From positions 1,404,255-1,468,254 of the forward strand of contig CAKAGR010000001.1 in assembly GCA_916438445.1 (NCBI GenBank): a stretch of DNA of 64,000 bases, written 5' to 3'. The DNA comes from an uncultured Mobiluncus sp. (GTDB taxonomy: Bacteria > Actinomycetota > Actinomycetes > Actinomycetales > Actinomycetaceae). Below the pieces are notes generated by a model. It had not been told where the DNA came from. It saw only the letters and a list, made by a program, of their open reading frames with translations, and made no database searches. Made by a program: the position numbers and the translations under genes. This document shows positions 27,434 to 40,109 of the stretch, in pieces. Position 1 is the stretch's first letter. Each line of letters opens with the position of its first letter.

Positions 27434-28671
27434 ATGAATAAGTATCGCGACTACGATAACTACCTGAAGGAATACCCCGACGAAAAAGGGTACTTCGGAA
27501 AATACGGAGGGGTCTACCTCGACGACCCCGAACTGATCCAAGCATTTTTAAAGAATATGCCGAGGCCTACCACACCATCGCCCAGTCGGCGCAGTTTATT
27601 GCCGAGCTGCGCCGCATCCGCAAGGATTTCCAGGGGCGTCCCACCCCGGTGTATCACTGCCAGCGCCTCTCGGCTAAGCTGGGTCGCGCCCAGATATACC
27701 TCAAGCGGGAGGACCTGAACCACACGGGGGCGCACAAGTTGAACCACTGTATGGGAGAGGGCCTGCTGGCCAAGTACATGGGCAAGAAAAAGCTGATTGC
27801 GGAAACCGGGGCGGGACAGCACGGGGTGGCTTTGGCCACCGCTGCGGCCTACTTCGGTTTGGAGTGCGACATCTATATGGGCGAGGTCGACGTGGCCAAA
27901 CAAGCCCCGAACGTGGCGCGCATGAAGGTGCTGGGCGCACGGGTGATTCCCGTGAGCTTCGGTTTGAAGACCTTGAAAGAAGCCGTAGACGCGGCCTTCA
28001 TGGCCTACTCTCAGGAGTACCACGACGCGGTTTACTGCATCGGCACCGCCGCGGGGCCCCACCCCTTCCCACTGATGGTGCGCGACTTCCAGGAGGTCGT
28101 GGGGATGGAAGCCCGCGCCCAGTTCCTGGAGCAAACCGGGCATCTGCCAGACAAGGTCGTGGCCTGCGTAGGTGGCGGATCCAATGCAATCGGGATGTTT
28201 GCGCCCTTCCTGGCTGACCCCGTGGAACTTTACGGGGTGGAACCGCTGGGACGCGGTGAAGCTCTGGGCGACCACGCCGCCACCCTGACCTTCGGTTCGG
28301 AGGGCGTGATGCACGGATTCAACTCGATTATGCTTTCCGACGAGGCCGGGGACCCGGCACCGGTGTACTCCAATGCTTCTGGCTTAGATTACCCTTCGGT
28401 GGGTCCGGAGCACTCGCTATTGCACGACATGGGTCGTGTCAACTACGTGACCAGCACCGACGAAAACGCCATCGAGGCGCTCTTTATGCTTTCACGTTTG
28501 GAAGGGATCATCCCTGCCATCGAGAGTTCCCACGCCTTGGCCTACGCCATTCGAGAAGCCCGTACAGGAAAGACCGGTTCTATCTTGGTCAATCTTTCGG
28601 GGCGCGGCGACAAAGACCTGGAATACGTCATCACCAAACACGGCACCGGGGAAGACTTCTTGAGGCGCTGA
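27434..28671 (+). CDS. trpB: Tryptophan synthase beta subunit (stand-alone), frameshifted near 27550
   Basis: [21 protein letters not shown] (PLP lysine), [41 protein letters not shown]. Confidence 0.95.
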
Positions 28672-28770
28672 CCCGAGGAGAACCTCGTCCTTAGAGGAAA
28701 CCCCGACACGGGCCTCGACCCTAGAGGCAAACGCCCAGGCGAACCTCGAAACGGGTGGAACCAAAAACGC

Positions 28771-28802
28771 GGTTCCCCGCAGCGAAACCGCTGCGGGGAA
28801 CC
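28771..28802. terminator. Bidirectional terminator between convergent trpB and gatB
   Basis: Perfect 14-bp stem GGTTCCCCGCAGCG-AAAC-CGCTGCGGGGAACC with an A-run on the left side. Confidence 0.85.
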
Positions 28803-28824
28803 AGCTATTTGTCGAAGATTGGGC

Positions 28825-30323
28825 CTAGAGACCCAGTTCTTTCATGATGAGTTCCTTGACCGCGCCGGCGTCGGCCTGGCCGCGAGTGGCTTTCATCACC
28901 GGACCCATCAGCGCCCCGATGGCCGCCATCTTGCCTCCGCGGATCTTTTCCACCACGTCGGGATTATCGGCCAGAGCCTGCTTCACGGCCGCTTCCAAGG
29001 CCCCGGTATCGGAAACCACTTCGAGGCCGTGCTTGGCCACGATATCTGCCGGGTCGCCTTCGCCCGCCAGGACGAATCCCACAACCTTCTTGCCCAACTT
29101 GTCGTTGATTTTGCCGTCCTCTATGAGATTCTCGATCTGGGCCACCTGGGGTGGGGTGATGGCGAGCTCTTCGAGTTCTTGTTCGGATTCCTTGGCCAGG
29201 CGGGCGATTTCACCCATCCACCACTTGCGGGCACCCCCCGCTTTAGCGCCGGCCTTCACCGTGTCCTCGATCAGGTCCAGGGCACCGGCATTGATGACAT
29301 CGCGCATTTCCTCGTCGCTGAAGCCCCAAGCTGCCAAAAGGCGCTTGCGCCTGGCGGCGGGCAACTCGGGCAGGGCCGCGCGGATTTCCTCGACCCACTC
29401 CCGGCTGGGCTGCAAGGGCACCAGGTCGGGTTCGGGGAAATAGCGGTAGTCCTCGGCGTCGGATTTCTCGCGTCCCGCCGAGGTCGTCCCGTCCTCGGCG
29501 TGGTAGTGGCGAGTTTCCTGCACTACCTTGCCGCCTTCGGCCAGAATCGCGGCTTGACGGCGCATCTCGTATCGCACCGCTTTTTCGATGGCGCGGAAGG
29601 AGTTCACGTTCTTGGTTTCGGTACGAGTACCCAAGGGGGCCTCGGGCGAGGGCCGCAGCGAAACGTTCACGTCGGCACGCACGTTCCCGCGTTCCATGCG
29701 CGCTTCGCTGACCCCGATGGCGCGGAAGATATCGCGTAAGGTGCGCACATAAGCCGCCGCTACTTCAGGGGCCCTGGAGCCGGCACCGTAAATCGGCCGG
29801 GTGACGATTTCTACCAGAGGCACTCCGGCGCGGTTGTAGTCGCACAGCGAATGGTCCGCACCCTGGATGCGGCCATCTTCGCCACCGATGTGGGTGTTCT
29901 TGCCCGCGTCTTCTTCCATGTGCGCCCGCTCTATCTCTACGCGGAAAACCGTGCCGTCCTCGAGCTCCACATCCAACCAACCGTCATAGCAGATCGGTTC
30001 ATCGTACTGCGAGGTCTGGAAGGCCTTGGTCAGGTCGGGATAAAAGTAGTTCTTGCGGGCAAAACGGCAGTATTCGGCGATGGAGCAGTTCAGCGCCAAA
30101 CCGATGCGGATGGCGTACTCTACCGCGGTCTTGTTCACCACCGGCAGTGAACCGGGCAAGCCCAGCGAAACCGGAGTGATGAAAGTATTGGGTTCCCCGC
30201 CGAACTGGTTGGGGGCCGCGTCAAACATCTTGGTGGCAGTACCCAGTTCAACGTGGACTTCCATCCCCAAAACAGGGTCGAAATCAGCGGCAGCCTTTCA
30301 TAGCTCAACAACTTGTCGCTCAT
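28825..30323 (-). CDS. gatB: Asp/Glu-tRNA amidotransferase subunit B (N-terminal frameshift)
   Basis: [57 protein letters not shown]. Confidence 0.97.
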
Positions 30324-31850
30324 TTCAGAGCCTCCTTCCAGTTCGCGGCCGGGCAGGGAGGCATGGGCTCCTCAGAAGCCGCCAATTGCGCCTCGATGCG
30401 GGCTGCTACTTCGTACATGACTTTGTCACCACGGGCCGGAGCCAGAATCTGCAGACCCACGGGCAGGCCGTCCTCGGGGGCGCAACCTACCGGCAAGGAC
30501 AGACCCGGAATCCCGGCGAGGTTCGCGGGGATGGTGGCGACATCGTTTAGGTACATCGCCATCGGGTCATCGATCTTGTCGCCGAACTTGAATGCGGTGG
30601 TGGGGAGCTGTGGGTGACAGCAATACATCGCATTGCTCGAAGGCACGGGCCAGGTCTCGCTGCACCAGGGTGCGGACCTTTTGGGCCGAACCGTAATAGG
30701 CGTCGAAGTACCCGGCCGAGAGCACGTGGGTTCCCAAGATGATGCGGCGCTTTACCTCGGGCCCGAAACCCGCACCGCGAGTGGCGGCCATCATGGTTTC
30801 GGCAGTTACCGGACCGTCTTTGGGTAGGACCCGGATTCCGTAGCGAACCCCGTCGAAACGCGCCAGGTTCGAAGAAACCTCTGCGGGCATGATCAGATAG
30901 TAGGCTGCCAGGGCGTATTCAAAGGCGGGACAATCCACCTCGGTGACGCTGGCACCGGCTTCTTGGAGTCGCGAAAGCGCCTGGTTGAAGCGCTGCAGCA
31001 CCCCATCTTGGAAGCCCTCGCCGGAAATCTGCTTTACCACGCCGATGCGCAGCCCCTGGGCGTCCAAACCACCTTTTGGCAGGGCTTGGATGGCTCCACT
31101 GAGGTCGGGAACCGCCTCGTCCAGGGAAGTCGAATCCAGGGGGTCGTGTCCGCCGATGATCATCTGCAGGGCGGCGGCATCTGCCACGGTGCGCGTCACC
31201 GGACCAATCTGGTCCAGAGAAGAAGCCATAGCCACCAAGCCATAACGCGAAACCGCGCCGTAGGTTGGTTTGGCTCCCACCGTCCCGGTCACCGCACCGG
31301 GTTGACGAATCGAACCGCCGGTGTCAGAACCCAGTGCCCAAGGCGCCAGATAAGCCGCCACCGCCGCGGCCGAACCACCGCCGGAGCCTCCGGGAATACG
31401 CCCCAGGTCCCAGGGATTCAAGGTGGGGCCGTAGGCGGAATGTTCCGTAGAGGAACCCATGGCGAACTCGTCCATATTGGTTTTCCCCAACACTGGCAGA
31501 CCAGCCTCGCGCAGCTTCAACACCACGGTAGCGTCATAGGGCGGCAGCCAACCTTCCAAAATCTTCGAGGCGCAAGTAGTGGGCTTGCCGCGGGTCACCA
31601 TATTGTCTTTGATGGCGATAGGCACCCCAGCGAAAGGGGGCAACTCCTTGCCGGCCTGGCGATCTTTATCTACCTGACGCGCGGTTTCCAAGGCCCCTTG
31701 GGCATCCACGTACAGATAGGCGTGAATCTTGGTATCCAAAGTCTCGATACGATCCAGGAACATCTGGACCAGGGCCTCGGCAGTAACTTCCCCGTCACGC
31801 AGTTTCTGGGCCAATTCATGGGCATCACACAGATACAGTTCTTTACTCAT
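30320..31850 (-). CDS. gatA: Asp/Glu-tRNA amidotransferase subunit A, frameshifted
   Basis: [63 protein letters not shown]. Confidence 0.97.
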
Positions 31851-31853
31851 GGT

Positions 31854-32150
31854 TTACTCCTCCCCCAGAATCTGGGGCACCGCGAACATCCCGGCTTCGG
31901 GTTGCGGGGCCTGGGCGAGGACCTCGTCGTGGTCCAGGGTCTGGCCCACCACGTCTTCCCTCCAGACATTCGTCAAAGGGATCGGGTGGGAGGTCGCCGG
32001 AATATCCGGAGTCGCTACCTTGCTAACTGTCGCCACCGCGTCGGCAATCACATCCAACTCGGTAGCCATTTTTTTGATTTCTTCTTCACTCAGGGCGATT
32101 CGGGCCAGCTGGGCCACCCGTCGCACCTCATCAACATCAATAGTGGACAT
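31854..32150 (-). CDS. gatC: Asp/Glu-tRNA amidotransferase subunit C
   Basis: MSTIDVDEVRRVAQLARIAL...NVWRED...FAVPQIL, directly upstream of gatA. Confidence 0.95.
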   Translation of the reverse strand: MSTIDVDEVRRVAQLARIALSEEEIKKMATELDVIADAVATVSKVATPDIPATSHPIPLTNVWREDVVGQTLDHDEVLAQAPQPEAGMFAVPQILGEE

Positions 32151-32189
32151 ATCTGAGAGTTTAGTAGATAAATGCCCTAAGCTGAACTC

Positions 32190-33491
32190 ATGTCGGCGAA
32201 TGCAACTCCCCCTTGGCCTTGGCGCATGTTGAGACAATTCATCTCTTGGGCAAAACGCAGCCCTAAAGAAGCCCCGAAACTGGTAAGGCACGCTTTGCGC
32301 GTCTTCCTGCTCTTCGAGTTCCTGGCCGGGGCCACCACCGTGGCGATTGACTTCCTGCGCGCCTCCCGTACCTCGGAAGTCGCCTCCTTCCCGGTAACGC
32401 AACTACCCTCCCTCGACGTAGCACACAACAATCTCCAGGTCTATACCTTGGGAACCGAGCTGTATCAAGACATGCTCGACGCGATTCGCCACGCGAAACG
32501 CCACGTATTCTTTGAAACCTTCATCTGGAAAAACGACGAAGTCGGACAGCTGTTCAAAGATGCCTTGATCGACGCGGCCAAACGCGGGGTGCATGTCTGG
32601 ATTATCTACGACGAGATGGGCAACCTGGTGGTGCCTCGAAAGTTCCAGCAGATGCCCCAGATCTCCACTCTCCACGTCCTGCATTTCCGCATCTTGCGTT
32701 CCTTCTTCCTCTCGCTTCGCAACACCGGCACGGATCACCGCAAAATCCTGACGGTAGACAACCGTGTGGGCTTCATCGGCGGCTACAACATCGGTTCCCT
32801 CTATGCCACCCAGTGGCGCGACACGCATCTGCGCATCGAAGGACCTGGGGTGTGGGAGCTGACCAATGCCTTCGTGGATTTCTGGAATGTGCACCGCCGC
32901 AAGCACCACCCCACCCTGCCCCACTATCCTTCTCCTGCCTGGGACACCGGAGTCACCATCGCGCGCAACGAGCCCAACCGTTTCCTCTTCCCCGTGCGCG
33001 GCCTTTACATCTCGGCACTGAATCGCGCGGAGAAACAGGTCTGGATAACTTCGGCCTACTTCGTGCCGGACAAAGACATCTTGGATGAACTCTGTGTCGC
33101 GGCGGCGCGTGGGGTGGATGTGCGGGTCCTGATTCCCGAACGCTCCAATCACATCGCCGTGGACTGGGTTTCACGCTGCTACTACCTGGAGTTGCTGGAG
33201 GCCGGGGTGCAGATCTGGCTCTATCGCGGCGCCATGATTCACGCTAAAACCGCCACGGTGGACGGGGCGTGGACCACCATCGGCACCGCTAATATCGACC
33301 GTCTGTCGATGACGGGCAACTATGAAGTAAACCTAGAGGTCACCTCGAAACGCCTGGCCGCCCAGATGGAGCAGGTTTTCCTCAACGACTTGAGTAACTC
33401 TCGCCAGGTCACCTTGCAAGAATGGGCCGAGCGCCCCTTTATGCCGCGCCTAATCGAACGCCTGCTAAAGCCCTTGGGTGCGGTCCTCTGA
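32190..33491 (+). CDS. cls: Cardiolipin synthase / phospholipase D family protein
   Basis: Two HKD motifs: HRKILTVD...GGYN and HAKTATVD...GTAN. Confidence 0.88.
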   Translation: MSANATPPWPWRMLRQFISWAKRSPKEAPKLVRHALRVFLLFEFLAGATTVAIDFLRASRTSEVASFPVTQLPSLDVAHNNLQVYTLGTELYQDMLDAIRHAKRHVFFETFIWKNDEVGQLFKDALIDAAKRGVHVWIIYDEMGNLVVPRKFQQMPQISTLHVLHFRILRSFFLSLRNTGTDHRKILTVDNRVGFIGGYNIGSLYATQWRDTHLRIEGPGVWELTNAFVDFWNVHRRKHHPTLPHYPSPAWDTGVTIARNEPNRFLFPVRGLYISALNRAEKQVWITSAYFVPDKDILDELCVAAARGVDVRVLIPERSNHIAVDWVSRCYYLELLEAGVQIWLYRGAMIHAKTATVDGAWTTIGTANIDRLSMTGNYEVNLEVTSKRLAAQMEQVFLNDLSNSRQVTLQEWAERPFMPRLIERLLKPLGAVL

Positions 33492-33577
33492 GTCCTGTGG
33501 GGTGCGCCGGCTTCGGCCCGGGTACCCCAGCGCTGCGTAATGCTTTAGCTCCGGGCTCTGTCTCTCAGTGTTGAGCC

Positions 33578-36259
<2,682 letters not shown>

Positions 36260-36376
36260 GGCCCTATCCTATCCATACCTTGCACAGATGAAACCAGGCC
36301 TCCAGTTTCAACGGCGTCGCTACCTCACCCCAAACCTTGATTGACAGATTAAGACTATCTAACATATTGTTTGATT

Positions 36377-39300
36377 ATGTTAGATAGTTTAAAGGCCAGT
36401 TCCGCTCTCGCTACTCCGTGGATGTGGCAAATCCTGCGCGGCCCCGATCGGGGCCAAGCCCTGCCTTTCCGACAAGGAAACCTGGGCCGCATCTCTGGCC
36501 TGAGCGACCCCACCGTCTCGCGCCTGCAATTGAGCATCCACGCCGCCGGTTCACACCCCCTAGCTGTCCCCCTGCAAGAAACCAACCCTGTGTACAAGTT
36601 GTGGAAAACTCCGGTGGGTCTGTGGGTGAAGTCCCGAGTCAGAAGCAGATTACGCCTGCGCCCCTCCCGGAGAATCCGAATGGGCGAAACCGTCTTGAAA
36701 CTGATTCAAAAGCCCTCCGACCTGCGCCTTTCCCCTCCACCACCGCGTAATCCCCGCGACAAACGCATGTGGCTCTTCCTCGCCCTACCCCTGGTATTAA
36801 CCTCGACGATGGTCTCGTTTCTGGGGTGGCGACTGTTGTGGATAACCGCCATTTTGGCCCTGGTGGCAACGGTATTCCTGGTGTCGAGATGGCGCGCCCT
36901 TCCCTCCCTGCACCAACTTTGGTTAGCTTCGGCCATAACCCCACCCCCGTCCTCGACCCGGGAAAACCCCTGCATCAGGGTCTACACCGGAAAACGACTG
37001 CGGGGCCGCGTCCTAGAGATGCGCGCCGGAGACACCGTGGCACTGACCGGACCCCAAGCCGCCTCCCAAGCCAGGTGGATCATCTCGCAGGCCCTGCTGT
37101 ATGGACAAGCCAGTTTCCGCAACTATCAACGCCCCAACACCCTAAAAATCCAGCTGCATGAAGCAGATTCGACCCCGCCGCAATTCCCGCCACCCGCGCC
37201 ACTTTCCGGGTCGAGGGAAGTCACGATCTGCGTCTCGTCCCAGGTGGCGCCGCCGTGGTGTGCGCGCAGCTTCGCCGCCTCACCGCGCCAGTCTGACTGC
37301 ACGCCTGCCTGGTTCAACTCGATCTTGGAATCCTTAGAGGCCCAACCCCGACGCCTGGAACTGAGCCAGAAAACCGCCCAAGAGATACTGCCTTCTCGCG
37401 TAGATCTTCCCGGATGGATGGACCTGGAACCGCAAGAAATCCGCGAAAACTGGACGAATGCGGCCCCGGGCTTACGCACCTATCTGGGAACGTGTCTACC
37501 CCTCAGGGACGACCTCGCAACCGCCCAGACCCGCGACTGGGAACTGGATCTATTGCGCGAAGGTCCCCACGCCCTGGTGGCGGGCACTACCGGCAGCGGT
37601 AAATCCGAGTTACTGACGACTTGGTTGCTGGGACTGGCACTTGGTTACTCCCCTGCCCAGTTACGCATGATTTTGGTGGATTACAAGGGCGGCGCCACCT
37701 TCGGCCCCCTGGAAAACCTGCCGCATGTTCACGGAGTACTCACAGATTTACATCCAGCTCTGACCCGGCGGGCCTTGGAATCTCTGGAGGCTTTCATGCG
37801 GCGACGCGAAGACACTTTGGCTCGTGTCCGGGCCCGCGACGTGGCACATTACCGCGAAATCACCGGCGAGACCCTGCCCCGGGTGCTGATTGTTGTGGAC
37901 GAGTTCCGCGCCCTGGCCAGCGACCACCCCGAAGTCTTGGAAAACCTGGTCCGACTCGCAACTCACGGGCGTTCCTTGGGCTTGCACTTGATTTTGGCCA
38001 CACAGAAACCCGGCGGGATTGTCTCGGGACAGATTTTAGCCAATGCGAATCTGCGAATCTGCCTGCGGGTGCGCCAAGATTCCGAAGCCCACGAGGTCTT
38101 AGGCGGGGTGCTTCCGGCCCCGATTCCTCCCGCACTTCCGGGCAGGCTTTACTGGGAGGGGCACAGCGCCGGCTTTGCCCAAGTAGCGTGGTGCGGTCCG
38201 GGGGAAACCGTGGGGCAGCTGGTCCAACGGATTTCCACGGCTTTCCAGGGCTGGGACACCCCTCCCCAGCAGTTATGGCAGCCCCCCTTACCGGCACTTC
38301 TACCGCCCGCACCTGCCTATCCGCGTAGCTTCGCGCTGGCTGACTTGCCTCGAGAGGGACGCCAGGAATGGATTGAAGCCGGTAACAGCGTCGGGGTTTT
38401 CGGCAATCCCGGTAGTGGGCGTACCTGTGCCCTGCGTGCCCTGGCGCGCACCCGGCATCCCGCTGGAGGGGGTCCGGTGTTGGTGTTTAGTCCTCGCAAA
38501 ACCGAGTTTGCGCGGGTGCTAGAAGTTAACGATGCCTCTGGAGACCCACCTCCTCCGGCTCCGCCAGGCCTGGAGGATGGGGAAGTCTGGCTCTTTGAAC
38601 CGAAAGAACTGTGGGCGGCGGACCGAATCATCAGCCGCGCCTTAGAAGGGCAGTTATCCGGTGCCAGTTTGGTGATTGACCAGGTAGAGGCCCTGGTAGA
38701 CGCCCTGGAGTTGCTGTATCCGGGCGCGGGAATGAAGCGAGTAGAGGCACTTTTCGGCGCCGCCCCCGGTCAGGGCTACCGCATATTTGCCGCGGCTTCC
38801 TTGGCTTCGGGACGCAGTTCCTGGGGGAATCTGTGTGGCCAGCGCCTGGTGTTATGCCCGCGTGACACGGTGGATCTGCATTCGGCGGGGATCGATTTCG
38901 CCGGTCCCGGCCAGGCGTTGTCCCAGCTGATTCCGGATTGCCACACGCCGGGTCGGGGTCTGTGGCAAGATGGCCGCCGGGTTTTAACCGTCCAGGTCCG
39001 CCTCGAGGCTGCATCTCAGTGCCGCGTAGTCACGCCCGCCGCGGTGCCTGGTAGGCCCGTCGGTGTGGATTCCTGGCATCTTCCCGGCGCCCTGGTTCCT
39101 TCTCAACTGCCCCAAGACGAGGCCCGCGTCTGCGTGGGGTGGTCCAGTTCCTTGGGCGGGTGGTTGCGTTTGAGTTCCCACCGGCACTGGATAGTGGATG
39201 ATGTCTCCCCGATGCGGGGTGTGATTGCCCAGATTAAGCGTGAGTACCGGCGTCTCGGTTATCGAGTCTGGAGCTACGAATCTTTGGACCTTGAACACAA

Positions 39301-39667
39301 CCAAGACCCCGCATTGGTCCTTGTATACAATTCTGGAGACAACAGCGGGAAGCTGGAAGAACTCTGGGAAAAGCTAGGGAGTAACCTTGACTTTGACGTG
39401 ACAATCTTGGAGCTGTGCTCACCTGCGGTTTTGCCCCGAATTTCCAGCAATTTTTCCCTTCGCTTTGCGAACGAGCAAACAAGGCTTGTCTCTATTGACT
39501 CTTCCATAGAATCACGCCATCGAGCGGCAAACCTGTTGCAGACCAGCGTTGAAAATATCAAAAAACTGCAGGTCAGCACAGGTTTCGACATCTTGTATCG
39601 CAGCGAAAACGACTGCGGTGCGCTTCGAGGGCCAAATGCTATTGTGTCGCATCTCACCGATATTTGA
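36377..39667 (+). CDS. FtsK/SpoIIIE-domain ATPase with N-terminal FHA-like region and two TM helices (EccC/EssC-like)
   Basis: LRGPDRG...LGR...DPTVSR (FHA-like), hydrophobic hairpin, GPHALVAGTTGSGKSE, LVDYKGG, VVDEF, GRSLGLHLILATQKP. Second, degenerate P-loop GNPGSGRT. Confidence 0.8.
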   Translation: MLDSLKASSALATPWMWQILRGPDRGQALPFRQGNLGRISGLSDPTVSRLQLSIHAAGSHPLAVPLQETNPVYKLWKTPVGLWVKSRVRSRLRLRPSRRIRMGETVLKLIQKPSDLRLSPPPPRNPRDKRMWLFLALPLVLTSTMVSFLGWRLLWITAILALVATVFLVSRWRALPSLHQLWLASAITPPPSSTRENPCIRVYTGKRLRGRVLEMRAGDTVALTGPQAASQARWIISQALLYGQASFRNYQRPNTLKIQLHEADSTPPQFPPPAPLSGSREVTICVSSQVAPPWCARSFAASPRQSDCTPAWFNSILESLEAQPRRLELSQKTAQEILPSRVDLPGWMDLEPQEIRENWTNAAPGLRTYLGTCLPLRDDLATAQTRDWELDLLREGPHALVAGTTGSGKSELLTTWLLGLALGYSPAQLRMILVDYKGGATFGPLENLPHVHGVLTDLHPALTRRALESLEAFMRRREDTLARVRARDVAHYREITGETLPRVLIVVDEFRALASDHPEVLENLVRLATHGRSLGLHLILATQKPGGIVSGQILANANLRICLRVRQDSEAHEVLGGVLPAPIPPALPGRLYWEGHSAGFAQVAWCGPGETVGQLVQRISTAFQGWDTPPQQLWQPPLPALLPPAPAYPRSFALADLPREGRQEWIEAGNSVGVFGNPGSGRTCALRALARTRHPAGGGPVLVFSPRKTEFARVLEVNDASGDPPPPAPPGLEDGEVWLFEPKELWAADRIISRALEGQLSGASLVIDQVEALVDALELLYPGAGMKRVEALFGAAPGQGYRIFAAASLASGRSSWGNLCGQRLVLCPRDTVDLHSAGIDFAGPGQALSQLIPDCHTPGRGLWQDGRRVLTVQVRLEAASQCRVVTPAAVPGRPVGVDSWHLPGALVPSQLPQDEARVCVGWSSSLGGWLRLSSHRHWIVDDVSPMRGVIAQIKREYRRLGYRVWSYESLDLEHNQDPALVLVYNSGDNSGKLEELWEKLGSNLDFDVTILELCSPAVLPRISSNFSLRFANEQTRLVSIDSSIESRHRAANLLQTSVENIKKLQVSTGFDILYRSENDCGALRGPNAIVSHLTDI
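36951..36964 (-). repeat. Exact copy of dispersed 14-mer TTCCCGGGTCGAGG
   Basis: CCTCGACCCGGGAA on +, in a Pro/Ser linker of the FtsK-like ORF. Confidence 0.9.
39643..39658. promoter_or_regulatory. Putative CRP/GlxR-type site upstream of whiB1
   Basis: TGTGT-CGCATC-TCACC, 8/10 match to TGTGA-N6-TCACA, about 140 nt before the whiB1 ATG. Confidence 0.45.
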
Positions 39668-39794
39668 AAACATTTATTGATTACAAGTCTTGAAAAATGC
39701 CTACGCGGCATGTCAACCTAGTTAAGTCGATTTTTCCACCAGCGAAAAAAATCACAGAAAAATCTAATCTTCAAACCTATATCAAGGAGTACGT

Positions 39795-40048
39795 ATGGAT
39801 TGGCGTGACCGAGCTGCCTGCCTGACTGTAGATCCCGAACTGTTCTTCCCGGTCGGCAATACTGGCCCCTGCCCTAGCGCAAATTGAAGAAGCCAAATCT
39901 GTGTGCGTCACCCTGCGACGTGGCCGAGATTTGCCTGAAGTGGGCCCTGGACAACAACCAGGATGCCGGCGTGTGGGGCGGAACCAGCGAGGACGAGCGT
40001 CGCGCACTCAAGCGCCGCAACGCCCGCGCCCGACGCGCGCGTCTCTAA
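39795..40048 (+). CDS. whiB1: WhiB1-type Fe-S transcription factor (missing from ORF track; two +1 frameshifts in C runs)
   Basis: Reconstructed as MDWRDRAACLTVDPELFFPVGNTGPALAQIEEAKSVCVTCDVAEICLKWALDNNQDAGVWGGTSEDERRALKRRNARARRARL: four Cys and GVWGG. RBS AAGGAG. Confidence 0.93.
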
Positions 40049-40057
40049 GCTTGCTTT

Positions 40058-40095
40058 TTTGGTGGGGCTATCCGGATACGGATAGCCCCACCAAA
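40058..40095. terminator. Bidirectional terminator between whiB1 and the histidine kinase
   Basis: TTTGGTGGGGCTATCCG-GATA-CGGATAGCCCCACCAAA, 17-bp stem with T-runs on both flanks. Confidence 0.88.
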
Positions 40096-40109
40096 GTTTT
40101 TAACCACAC

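Noticed and set aside
28673..28760. Post-trpB repeats as a CRISPR array
   Set aside because: Units are short and degenerate with a 30-31-bp period, leaving no room for repeat plus spacer.
30963..32156. Long antisense ORFs (e.g. 30963..32156, 28819..29739, 60072..61259, 8543..9610, 52469..53452)
   Set aside because: They lie opposite well-supported genes. Such stop-poor antisense frames are expected in high-GC coding DNA, and they show no recognisable motifs.
39795..39806. The first 9 nt of the CRISPR spacer (GATTGGCGT) match whiB1 right after its ATG, which is a type I-E PAM in E. coli
   Set aside because: Only 9 contiguous bases match. About 0.5 such hits are expected by chance in 128 kb of both strands, the rest of the spacer does not pair well, and the match was found post hoc. 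Worth revisiting only if Cascade and a crRNA are shown.
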